Assembly (NCBI GenBank): GCA_041854625.1
Contig: JBHACQ010000126.1
Span: 1-39,256, forward strand
Direction: 5' to 3'
DNA length: 39,256 nucleotides
From: Leptotrichia sp.
GTDB lineage: Bacteria > Fusobacteriota > Fusobacteriia > Fusobacteriales > Leptotrichiaceae
In this document: positions 19,329 through 28,095 of the stretch, piece by piece
Numbering within the stretch: the first letter of the stretch is position 1
Layout: each line of letters opens with the position of its first letter
Program-made: the position numbers and the translations under genes
Notes under the pieces: generated by a model
What the model saw: only the letters and a program-made list of their open reading frames with translations
Databases searched by the model: none
Told to the model about the DNA's origin: nothing

Positions 19329-21635
19329 ATGATTATAATTTCGAAAATTATAGAATTTAGAAATGTCAGCTTATTAAAGGAAGGCAGATTAATAATAGAT
19401 AATGTGTCGTTTTCCTTAAAAAGGAACGCCTATAATGTCATTATAGGGAGAAATGGTATAGGGAAATCTACTATATTAAAACTGATTACAGGATTAGAAA
19501 AACCTAATAGCGGAGAAATTTATACAGATAATGTAAGAATGAAATATGGTGAGGAAGAACTGTATAGAGCCAGAAAAAGAATCGGGACAGCCTTTCAGAA
19601 TACAGATGAAGAACTTATAGGGACAACTGTGCTGGATAATCTGATTTTTGTGATGGAAAATAATTGTATACCCAAGGAAGAAATGAGGGAATATATTGAA
19701 AAATACACACTTCTTTTTAATATGGGAGACATATTAAATAAAAGAAAATGTGAAATTACAGAAAGTGAAAAATGTAAAGTAGCATTGGCTACTTCAGTTG
19801 TATCAGGGGCGGATATTATTTTAATGGATGAAGTAAGCGTCAGAGCTGACAGTATAATGAAAAAAGAAATGGAAAGAATTATTGATATTCTACTGAAAGA
19901 AGGAAAGACTGTCATTTCAGTTACTCACGATACAGATGAAATAAGGAAGAGTGACTTTGTAGTATATTTGAAAGAAGGAGGGCTAATAAAGGAAGGGAAA
20001 CCGGAGGAAATATTTCCGGAATATTTAGAAGAAATGATGAATACAGAGTTTCCAGTGTATGAAAGTAAAAGGGAGCCTGTTAATCTGATACAGGAGGGAG
20101 ATAATTTAGAGGGAGTTACAAAAATAGTACTTTCAGAAGTAAACTTTACTTTAGGAAAAAATGGTGAAAAAATAATAGATAATCTTTCAGTAAGTATTCC
20201 AAAGGGGAAGATAACTTCTATTATAGGGAAATCAGGCAGTGGAAAGACTCTGCTTCTTGAACTTATGTCAGGGATATTGCTTCCATCAGAAGAATTTTCA
20301 GGTGAAATTTCCTGTGTTAAAGAAGACGGGGTTCTGCATATTAATAAAAATACTCCGGAAAGGGAAATAAAGGAAGCTTTCAAGAATTTTAATATTGTAT
20401 TCCAGCATCCGGAAGAACAGTTCTTTGAGACTACAGTAAGAAATGAAATTAAATATAATATCATAAAAAAATATAGTTTAAATGGAAAGGAAACTTTGGA
20501 AACGGATCTTAGAATAAAGGAAGCTGCACTAATATTTGGTTTTGACGAAGAATTTACGAATAAGTCCCCCTTCAAGCTGTCAGAAGGTGAGAAAAAGATG
20601 GTAAGCCTGGTTATGGCAGTATGCCTTAAACCGGAAGTGCTTTTATTGGATGAACCTTTTGCAGGATTAGATTATACTACGAAAAAGAAGATTGTTAAGC
20701 TGATTGAAGAACTGAAGAAGGAAGGGGTTACTGTAATATTAACGGAAAAGGATAAAGGCCCAGGATATCAGTGTTCAGATTATTTTATACAGCTTGAAGG
20801 AAAACATATTAAGAAAGAAGCAAAAGAATCACGTGATATGAAAAAATTAAATGTGGAGGAGAAATTTTCCAGACCTTCCTTTTTTCATAGGCTTGATCCC
20901 AGAAGTAAAATACTTTCAACATTAATAATTATAATATTACTGTTGATAACCCCCTTATTCTTGCGGAATTCATATTATAAGGGATATATATATATATCAA
21001 TATTTCTTCTAGGACATGTGACAATCTTCAGGCTGGATATGGTGAAAGCTATAAAAAGAATGAAGATATATCTGATTACTGCTGTAATATTGACCTTCTT
21101 TAACATATTGTTTATGAGAAGCGGTGTACTTCTAGCTGATTTTGGGTATATAAAAATTTATGATACTCCAATAATGTATTCGTTGAATATAATATATCAG
21201 ATATTTCTTATTATAGTTGTTACAGAAATTTTTACAGCAACTACAGAAGGAAACGAAATAATGAAGGGAATAAGTTACATAATGAGAAAAGGAAATAGGA
21301 ATAGCGAATCTGCCTTAATGTTTACAGTTGCTACAGGATTTATTCCTACAGTTTATGAGAAGGTAAGGCAAATAATAAAAGTACAGAAAAGCAGAGGGGC
21401 GGATTTTTCATTAAAGGGTATTAGAAGTATAGAGGAGCTTTTTCTTCTTATTATACCGTTATTTTATCTTACTGCACAGAAAATGAATAAAAATTCTGAA
21501 ATAATGTCCTCCAGAAATTTTGTTATAGGCAGGGAAAGGAGTGAATACAGGAAATTAAGGTTTAGTACAGCAGACTATATCTATATGGGGATAGTAGCAG
21601 TATTTTCAGTATCCTATATATATTTTATTTTATAA
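19329..21635 (+). CDS. fused ECF energizing module: EcfA-EcfA'-EcfT in one polypeptide
   Basis: Two NBDs (GRNGIGKS..IILMDE..VTHD; GKSGSGKT..VFQHPE..LSEGE..LLLDEPFAGLD) followed by a CbiQ/EcfT domain (HRLDPRSKI, QKSRG, MSSRNF); no internal stop; exact start uncertain. Confidence 0.85.
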   Translation: MIIISKIIEFRNVSLLKEGRLIIDNVSFSLKRNAYNVIIGRNGIGKSTILKLITGLEKPNSGEIYTDNVRMKYGEEELYRARKRIGTAFQNTDEELIGTTVLDNLIFVMENNCIPKEEMREYIEKYTLLFNMGDILNKRKCEITESEKCKVALATSVVSGADIILMDEVSVRADSIMKKEMERIIDILLKEGKTVISVTHDTDEIRKSDFVVYLKEGGLIKEGKPEEIFPEYLEEMMNTEFPVYESKREPVNLIQEGDNLEGVTKIVLSEVNFTLGKNGEKIIDNLSVSIPKGKITSIIGKSGSGKTLLLELMSGILLPSEEFSGEISCVKEDGVLHINKNTPEREIKEAFKNFNIVFQHPEEQFFETTVRNEIKYNIIKKYSLNGKETLETDLRIKEAALIFGFDEEFTNKSPFKLSEGEKKMVSLVMAVCLKPEVLLLDEPFAGLDYTTKKKIVKLIEELKKEGVTVILTEKDKGPGYQCSDYFIQLEGKHIKKEAKESRDMKKLNVEEKFSRPSFFHRLDPRSKILSTLIIIILLLITPLFLRNSYYKGYIYISIFLLGHVTIFRLDMVKAIKRMKIYLITAVILTFFNILFMRSGVLLADFGYIKIYDTPIMYSLNIIYQIFLIIVVTEIFTATTEGNEIMKGISYIMRKGNRNSESALMFTVATGFIPTVYEKVRQIIKVQKSRGADFSLKGIRSIEELFLLIIPLFYLTAQKMNKNSEIMSSRNFVIGRERSEYRKLRFSTADYIYMGIVAVFSVSYIYFIL

Positions 21636-21752
21636 GGATAATTTGCGGATTTTAAATTATAGAAAAGGTATTTTAAGTATTTATAATATTAAAAATTCTT
21701 TTATATTTTAAATATTAAGTAAGATTCTTGTGAAAAAAATTTTCATATGGTA

Positions 21753-21780
21753 TTGCATTATTAAAAAAATGTTGTAAACT
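21753..21780 (+). promoter_or_regulatory. candidate promoter of the rnf operon
   Basis: TTGCAT-16 bp-TAAACT in an AT-rich intergenic region. Confidence 0.45.
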
Positions 21781-21818
21781 AATATTATAGGAAACTATTT
21801 TTTAAGGAGAGAAGAAAT

Positions 21819-23123
21819 ATGAACTTAATAAGTGGAATAGGGAAAATTAAGCTAAAAGGCAGAAAAGAGCTGACAAAGTCAAAAGAAATAGTTAGCATAC
21901 CTGCACCTTCAGTTATTTACATTCCTTTAATTATAGGAGCTTCAACAGATTTTGAAGTTCATGTGAAAGAAGGGGATGAAATATTTAAAGGAACTAAATT
22001 AGCTACAAGGAAAGATTTGTATGTCCCGATTTACAGTCCTGTATCTGGAACTGTAAAAGGAATTGAGAAAAGAATGCATATGTCAGGTAAGGTACAGAAC
22101 CATCTGGTTATTGAAAATAATCATAAGGATGAAGAAATTGTGCCATTTTCTTATGAAAATCCAGATAATCTTTCTCCAGAGGAACTGGTGGCGGCAATAA
22201 AGGAAATAGGAATACTTGGTCTGGGAGGTTCAGGGTTTCCGACATATGTGAAATATGAGAATGCTAAAAACATTGATACTGTTCTTATAAATGCAGTAGA
22301 ATGTGAACCATATCTGACTTCGGATTACAAAATAATGGAAAAGCATTCTGAAGAGCTGGTAGACGGGACTAATTTTTTAATGAAGGCGGGAAAAGCGAAA
22401 AAGGGGATAATAGCTGTAAAAATAATCAATGACAAATTAATTGAAAAACTTAAGGAAAAAGCAGCAGGTTTTAAAGATATAGAGGTAGTTCCTGTGGCTG
22501 ATGCCTATCCGATGGGATGGGAAAGAGTTCTTATAAGAGAGCTTTTTAAAAAGGAATATGACAGGTTTCCTGGGGAAATAGGAATAGTTGTCAATAATGC
22601 TACAACAGCAATCTATCTTTCTGAAGCTTTAAGATATAGAAAACCTATAACACACAGAATAGTGACGATTTCAGGAGAAGCAGTAAAGAATCCTGAAAAT
22701 GTATATGTTCCTATCGGTACATCAGTAGATTATATTATAGAAAAAATCGGTGGCTATTTACCTAATGTGGAAGAAATAGTTGTTCTTGCAGGAGGGCCTA
22801 TGATGGGGAAATCAATAGCCAATGATACATTTGTAATAAATACCCACAGTAATTCTATAACAATCCTGCCTAAAGAAAATCTGGAAGAACTGCCATGTCT
22901 GAGATGCGGACTTTGTGTGGAGTACTGTCCGGCTAAAATACAGCCTGTCCAGATAATGAATGCAGAAAAACAGAAAAATCTGGAAGCTGTTACGGAAGCT
23001 TCAGCTGATAAATGTATAACATGTGGAATATGTTCATTTATATGTCCGTCAAAAATAGAAGTTACAGACTGGGTTGGAAAAGCCAAGACGAGAATAAATA
23101 ACGCACGAAAGGCAGGTAAGTAA
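21819..23123 (+). CDS. rnfC: Rnf electron transport complex subunit C
   Basis: GLGGSGFPT, INAVECEPYLTSD, YPMGWE, GGPMMG, two CxxCxxCxxxCP motifs. Confidence 0.95.
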   Translation: MNLISGIGKIKLKGRKELTKSKEIVSIPAPSVIYIPLIIGASTDFEVHVKEGDEIFKGTKLATRKDLYVPIYSPVSGTVKGIEKRMHMSGKVQNHLVIENNHKDEEIVPFSYENPDNLSPEELVAAIKEIGILGLGGSGFPTYVKYENAKNIDTVLINAVECEPYLTSDYKIMEKHSEELVDGTNFLMKAGKAKKGIIAVKIINDKLIEKLKEKAAGFKDIEVVPVADAYPMGWERVLIRELFKKEYDRFPGEIGIVVNNATTAIYLSEALRYRKPITHRIVTISGEAVKNPENVYVPIGTSVDYIIEKIGGYLPNVEEIVVLAGGPMMGKSIANDTFVINTHSNSITILPKENLEELPCLRCGLCVEYCPAKIQPVQIMNAEKQKNLEAVTEASADKCITCGICSFICPSKIEVTDWVGKAKTRINNARKAGK

Positions 23124-23124
23124 T

Positions 23125-24180
23125 ATGAAGATAATATTTAAGAGGACAACGCCTACTTATCGTAATCAGCTGTCTACCCAGAATGTAATGGTATACCTTA
23201 CAATAGCACTGTTAATTGTCAGCTTATGCTCAGTGGGATATTATTTTACTTTCGGGATGGACTATGGGATAAAGGCGATATTAATGATAGCAGTATCACT
23301 GGCAGCAGCATATCTGACAGAAGCTGGATATTTTTATCTTATGAAGGAAAAAGATATAAAGAAAGCTGTCAATAGATCATTCCCCTATGTTACTGCAATA
23401 CTTTTTGCACTAATACTTCCAATAGGAACACCATATTATGTAATAGCAGCAGGGAGCATTTTTTCAATATTTGTAGGAAAACTTATATTTGGTGGTTTCG
23501 GTCAGAATATTTTTAATCCTGCATTGATAGGAAGGGTTTTTGTCATGATGTCTTATGGAGACAAACTGACAGCAGTATTGCCAGGGAAATCAGTAGATGG
23601 AATAAGCAGTGCCACTCCTACAGCGGTCCTGGCAGGGGCAGGATGGATGGAAAAGCTTGACATGTCTTTTTCAGACCTGTTTCTAGGATTTTATAAAGGT
23701 TCAATAGGAGAAACATTTACTCTTCTAATACTTATACTGGGAGTATTTCTTGCATTAAAGAAGGTACTGGACTGGAGGCTACCCGTATTCTATATAGGTA
23801 CATGTTTTATTATAGCGTTTGCTGCAGGAATAGTCCGTGGGCTTCCGCCATTAAATTTTGCACTTATTCATATAGGAATTGGAGGTCTTGTATTTGGTGG
23901 AATATTTATGCTTACAGATCCTGTAACTTCTCCTGTAAGTCCTTTCGGAAAAATATTGTTTGCAGTAGGAGCAGCCTTCTTTACAATGCTTTTGAGATTT
24001 AAGTCAAACATGCCAGAAGGGGTTCTATATTCAATACTTATAATGAATATGCTGACACCGATGATTGATAAATATACTATAACACCTACAAATAAGGAAG
24101 AAATGAAGAAAATAGCTGTTATAGGTGTATCGGTAGTATTGAGTATCCTGATTATAATATCAGTATGGAAGGGGGCGTAG
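23125..24180 (+). CDS. rnfD: Rnf subunit D
   Basis: FGGFGQNIFNPAL.GR, flavinylation-type DGISSATP, GSIGE, FMLTDPVTSP. Confidence 0.95.
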   Translation: MKIIFKRTTPTYRNQLSTQNVMVYLTIALLIVSLCSVGYYFTFGMDYGIKAILMIAVSLAAAYLTEAGYFYLMKEKDIKKAVNRSFPYVTAILFALILPIGTPYYVIAAGSIFSIFVGKLIFGGFGQNIFNPALIGRVFVMMSYGDKLTAVLPGKSVDGISSATPTAVLAGAGWMEKLDMSFSDLFLGFYKGSIGETFTLLILILGVFLALKKVLDWRLPVFYIGTCFIIAFAAGIVRGLPPLNFALIHIGIGGLVFGGIFMLTDPVTSPVSPFGKILFAVGAAFFTMLLRFKSNMPEGVLYSILIMNMLTPMIDKYTITPTNKEEMKKIAVIGVSVVLSILIIISVWKGA

Positions 24181-24185
24181 AAGTT

Positions 24186-24704
24186 ATGAAGAAATCATTG
24201 TATCTAAGTATGTTTCTGGCAGTAGTGAGTATAATTTCAGCATTAATACTTTCCTTGACTAATTCTCTTACATCTGAAACAATAAAGAATGCCAATATAG
24301 CTAAACAGAACAGGAAACTTGAATCAATGTTTAACATTAATACTAAATTTACAGAAGAAAAGGTTCCTGAAGATTCAAAGGAAATAGAAAAAATATTTAA
24401 GGCAGAAGAAAACGGTAAAGTTACAGGATATATATATAGCTTGTCATCAAAGGGATACGGAGGAAAAATGAGATTTATGGTGGCAATAAGTAAAGATGGT
24501 AAATATATAGCTTTTGATTCCCTGGAACATAATGAGACGCCAGGATTTGGTACAAAAATGGATGAAGCCAGATATAAGAGTCAGTTTAAGGAAAAACCTA
24601 TAACTGAAGGAGTAGATGGCATAAGTGGTGCAACAGTAACATCAAAAGGTCTGAATAAGGGATTTGAAGCTGCTGTGAAGCATTTTGAAGGAAATTACAG
24701 ATAG
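24186..24704 (+). CDS. rnfG: Rnf subunit G (FMN-binding)
   Basis: N-terminal TM, KGYGG, ETPGFG, DGISGATVTS flavinylation motif. Confidence 0.93.
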   Translation: MKKSLYLSMFLAVVSIISALILSLTNSLTSETIKNANIAKQNRKLESMFNINTKFTEEKVPEDSKEIEKIFKAEENGKVTGYIYSLSSKGYGGKMRFMVAISKDGKYIAFDSLEHNETPGFGTKMDEARYKSQFKEKPITEGVDGISGATVTSKGLNKGFEAAVKHFEGNYR

Positions 24705-24717
24705 GAGGAGTATAAAA

Positions 24718-25404
24718 ATGAAAAAATGGGATATAGTAAAATCAGGAATAATAAAGGAAAATCCTGTCTTTGTAATGTTTCTAGGTACATGTCCTATACT
24801 GGCGACAACAAATTCCCTGACTAATGCAGTCGGGATGTCTGTTGCATTTGCTGTAGTATTAATGATTACAAATACAATAATTGCAGCAATGAGGAAAATA
24901 GTACCTGATCAGATAAGGATACCTGTATATATAGTAGTTATAGCAACAGCAGTAAAATTCTGTGAAATGCTTTTAAATGCATATGCGCTTCCTGTCTATG
25001 AGTCACTGGGAGTGTTTCTGGCACTTATAGTAGTAAACTGTATTGTCCTTGGAAGGGCAGAGTCTTTTGCAAGTAAGAATACTGTAATGGATTCTTTAAT
25101 GGATGCGATAGGAGTAAGTATAGGATTTGCAGTAAGTCTTATATTGATGTCTTCTTTCAGGGAAATATTGGGAACAGGAGGACTGAAGCTGAAAAGCCTT
25201 TTTGATAGTGAAAAAGTAGTTTTTGATATACCTCTGTTCAGAAGTTATGCAGCATCCTTCTTTACATCTGGGGCAGGAGCTTTCTTAAGCTTTGGAATAC
25301 TTACAGGATTATTTAATATATACAAGAGCAGACAGGAAGAAAAGCAGAAACAGGCTGAAAAAGAAGCTAAAAAGCCTGTAGCTAAGGAAGGGAAGGTGGC
25401 ATAA
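24718..25404 (+). CDS. rnfE: Rnf subunit E
   Basis: ENPVF..LGTCP.LA, RIP...VIA, LIVVNCIVLGRAE, REILGTG; AGGAGG SD. Confidence 0.95.
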   Translation: MKKWDIVKSGIIKENPVFVMFLGTCPILATTNSLTNAVGMSVAFAVVLMITNTIIAAMRKIVPDQIRIPVYIVVIATAVKFCEMLLNAYALPVYESLGVFLALIVVNCIVLGRAESFASKNTVMDSLMDAIGVSIGFAVSLILMSSFREILGTGGLKLKSLFDSEKVVFDIPLFRSYAASFFTSGAGAFLSFGILTGLFNIYKSRQEEKQKQAEKEAKKPVAKEGKVA

Positions 25405-25976
25405 TGGAACTGGTAACATTATTTATATCGGCAGTCTTGATAAATAATATAATTCTAACAAAATATCTGGGAGTATGTCCATTCCTGGGAGTATCTAAAA
25501 GTGTGAAATCTTCCTTTGGAATGGGACTTGCTGTAATATTTGTCATTTTTTCATCTTCAATTATAACATATGGGCTATATTACCAGGTTTTAGTTCCTTA
25601 TAAGATGGAATATCTGGATCTGATAACTTTCATACTGGTTATAGCTTCCCTTGTACAATTTGTAGAAATGGTAATAAAGAAATTTTCTCCAGCCCTTTAC
25701 AAAGCACTGGGAGTTTATCTTCCCCTAATAACTACAAACTGTGCTGTATTAGGAACAGCCCTTCTGAATATAAGGGAAGGATATAATTTTTCTCAGATGC
25801 TTGTAAACTCAATAGCAGTTCCAGTAGGATTTATGCTTATAATGCTTGTATTTGCTACAATAAGGGAAAGACTGGAACTTGCAGACACGCCTAAACATTT
25901 TAAAGGTAATGGTATTTCACTAATAACTGCCGCCCTCATGGCAATGGTAATGCTAGGATTTGCAGGGGTGGTATAA
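25404..25976 (+). CDS. rnfA: Rnf subunit A
   Basis: NN..L..YLGVCPFLGVSK, LGVYLPLITTNCAVLG, IRERL. Confidence 0.96.
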   Translation: MELVTLFISAVLINNIILTKYLGVCPFLGVSKSVKSSFGMGLAVIFVIFSSSIITYGLYYQVLVPYKMEYLDLITFILVIASLVQFVEMVIKKFSPALYKALGVYLPLITTNCAVLGTALLNIREGYNFSQMLVNSIAVPVGFMLIMLVFATIRERLELADTPKHFKGNGISLITAALMAMVMLGFAGVV

Positions 25977-25977
25977 A

Positions 25978-26160
25978 ATGAATATAAATATAGCTCCGGT
26001 TCTATGGGTTTTATTTCTAGTAGGAATATTCATATTAACTTATATTCTGAATAAGAAGACCCCAAAGCCGGAAGGTTGTGAAGATTTAATAAAAAATGCA
26101 GGTTGCAGAGGCTGCAGACAGATTTCGTGTGGCCATCATCCTGACAGAAGGGAGAAATAG
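25978..26160 (+). CDS. small membrane-anchored Cys-rich protein (60 aa) between rnfA and rnfB
   Basis: ATG 1 nt after the rnfA stop and stop 2 nt before rnfB; MNINIAPVLWVLFLVGIFILTYILNKKTPKPEGCEDLIKNAGCRGCRQISCGHHPDRREK. Confidence 0.8.
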   Translation: MNINIAPVLWVLFLVGIFILTYILNKKTPKPEGCEDLIKNAGCRGCRQISCGHHPDRREK

Positions 26161-26162
26161 GA

Positions 26163-26474
26163 ATGCAGATAGAAGCATTGATAGTACTAGGTATAATTGG
26201 AGCAGTTCTTGGACTGTTACTGGGAATAGCGGATAAATATTTACAGGTACAGGTGGATGAAAGATTGACTAAACTGGGTGAAATGCTTCCTAAATTTAAC
26301 TGTGGAGCATGTGGATATCCGGGATGCAGTGGTTTTGCAGAAGGAATTTTAAGTGGAGAAGTAAAATCTTTGAAGCAGTGTAAACCTATGAAACCTGTAT
26401 TAAGGATGGAAATCAAGGAATATCTGGAATCTACTCCAGGGCTTGATGGAGAAACTATAAAAGTAGAAGTCTAG
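26163..26474 (+). CDS. rnfB: short RnfB (TM + single N-terminal Fe-S domain only)
   Basis: TM helix, VDER....LP..NCGACGYPGC...A...C.P; no ferredoxin CxxCxxCxxxCP domains; 103 aa. Confidence 0.85.
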   Translation: MQIEALIVLGIIGAVLGLLLGIADKYLQVQVDERLTKLGEMLPKFNCGACGYPGCSGFAEGILSGEVKSLKQCKPMKPVLRMEIKEYLESTPGLDGETIKVEV

Positions 26475-26489
26475 AATCTGGAGAAAAGA

Positions 26490-27683
26490 ATGAAGAATTA
26501 CATAGCAGGAGAAACATTGACCTCAGAAAACAGGTCTTTACTGGAATATATGAAGACAATAATAAAAAGAATCAACGGGACAGGGCTTATGCTTTTGGCA
26601 TTAGCCTTGTCTTCTTCCTGTATGAAGAACAGTGAAAAAATGTACACTGAAACAATAGATGGATTATTTGATACAACACATGTCATATCAGGATATGATA
26701 TGGATGAGAAGAAATTCATGAAAAAAGTGGAATTTTATAAGAAGGAAATGGAAAGGCTCCATAACCTTTATACAATTCATGAAAATATAGAAGGAATAAA
26801 TAACATAAAGACAATAAATGATAATGCAGGAATCAAGCCTGTAAAAGTAGATGGAGATATAATAGTCCTTCTGAAGGATTCAATAAAATGGAACAGGGAA
26901 ATAAGCAGTAATGTAAATATTGCAGCAGGGAAAATAATAGATTTATGGGAAAAAGGAAGAAAAGAAAATAAACTTCCTGATACAGAGGATCTGGAAGAAG
27001 CAAAAAAATGCAGTAATATTGATGATATTATAATAAATGAGAAGGAATCTACTGTCTTCCTCAAAAGAAAATGTATGATGTTGAATGTAGGGGCAGTAGC
27101 AAAGGGGTATGCAGTAGAAATAGCATCTGACAAGATGAAAAAAGAAGGAATGGATTCCCTCATAATATCAGCTGGTGGAAATGTAAAGGTTATAGGGAAA
27201 AGGAAAGTTCCTAGAAAAGAAAACGGAAAATCGGATTTAAGAAACTGCAGGCATGAATTCTGTATAGGAATAGCGTCACCAATATATAATAATGAAGAGC
27301 TGGACAAGAATAATATATATAATAAAAAGGAGAATTCATATATTTCTAAAGTTGCAGTATCAGATATGTCTGTAGTGACTACTGGAAATTATCAGAGATA
27401 TTTTTATTTGAAAGGAAAAGTTTATGGTCACATTATTAACTTGGAGACACTGTATCCGTCAGATATGTTTGCTTCAATAACGATTCTAACTGAAAATTCA
27501 GGTTTTGCGGACTTCATGTCAACGGCATTGTTTATGATGTCTTATGAAGAGGGGAAGAAACTTATAGAAAAAATAGGAACAAAAGAAAAAATAGAGGTTA
27601 TATGGGCTATGAAAACAGGTGATATAGAATCATCAGATGGACTGGTTAACGGAGAAAATTATGTTGAATATGATTTTAAGTAG
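26490..27683 (+). CDS. apbE: FAD:protein FMN transferase (ApbE/FmnB), probable lipoprotein
   Basis: Lipobox-like LALSSSC, GAVAKGYAV, AGGNV, TTGNYQRY, HIIN..T.YP, ADFMSTALF; alternative start 26550. Confidence 0.92.
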   Translation: MKNYIAGETLTSENRSLLEYMKTIIKRINGTGLMLLALALSSSCMKNSEKMYTETIDGLFDTTHVISGYDMDEKKFMKKVEFYKKEMERLHNLYTIHENIEGINNIKTINDNAGIKPVKVDGDIIVLLKDSIKWNREISSNVNIAAGKIIDLWEKGRKENKLPDTEDLEEAKKCSNIDDIIINEKESTVFLKRKCMMLNVGAVAKGYAVEIASDKMKKEGMDSLIISAGGNVKVIGKRKVPRKENGKSDLRNCRHEFCIGIASPIYNNEELDKNNIYNKKENSYISKVAVSDMSVVTTGNYQRYFYLKGKVYGHIINLETLYPSDMFASITILTENSGFADFMSTALFMMSYEEGKKLIEKIGTKEKIEVIWAMKTGDIESSDGLVNGENYVEYDFK

Positions 27684-28095
27684 GACAGATAACAGGAGTG
27701 GAATAAATATTTATGATGCAGCCTATATTTTTATTATAATTATAGCTTCTGTATTTTTAATATATTCAGGAAGGGTCTTTGTAAGTGGAAAAGGTAGCAG
27801 AGCTATTGTAAAATATAATAACAGGGAAATAATAGCTCTTGATTTAAGCAGAAATCAGACAGTCATCCTTAAAAGACGGAATTATCCCCTGCTTCTTGAT
27901 GATATGATTATAGAAGTTAAAAATAGGAAGGTAGCTGTAATAAAGGAAAAATCTCCTTATAATTATTGTTCGTTAATGGGATTTACAGACAGTGTGACAA
28001 GACCGATAATATGTCAGCCTAATAAAGTTACGGTTATAATTGAAACCGATGATAAAAATTCAGAAAATACAGATGTCGATGCGGAGGTACGTTAA
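27637..28095 (+). CDS. NusG domain II-like membrane-anchored protein (EetA-like)
   Basis: N-terminal TM, then IEV....V.V....SP..YCS.MG......PIICQPNKV; real start may be 27664 or 27670. Confidence 0.78.
   Translation: MDWLTEKIMLNMILSRTDNRSGINIYDAAYIFIIIIASVFLIYSGRVFVSGKGSRAIVKYNNREIIALDLSRNQTVILKRRNYPLLLDDMIIEVKNRKVAVIKEKSPYNYCSLMGFTDSVTRPIICQPNKVTVIIETDDKNSENTDVDAEVR

Noticed and set aside
21728-21748. TTGTGAA...TTCATA upstream of rnfC as a Rex operator
   Set aside because: Half-site spacing is 7 nt rather than the 4 nt of TTGTGAA-N4-TTCACAA; it may be an AT-rich chance palindrome.
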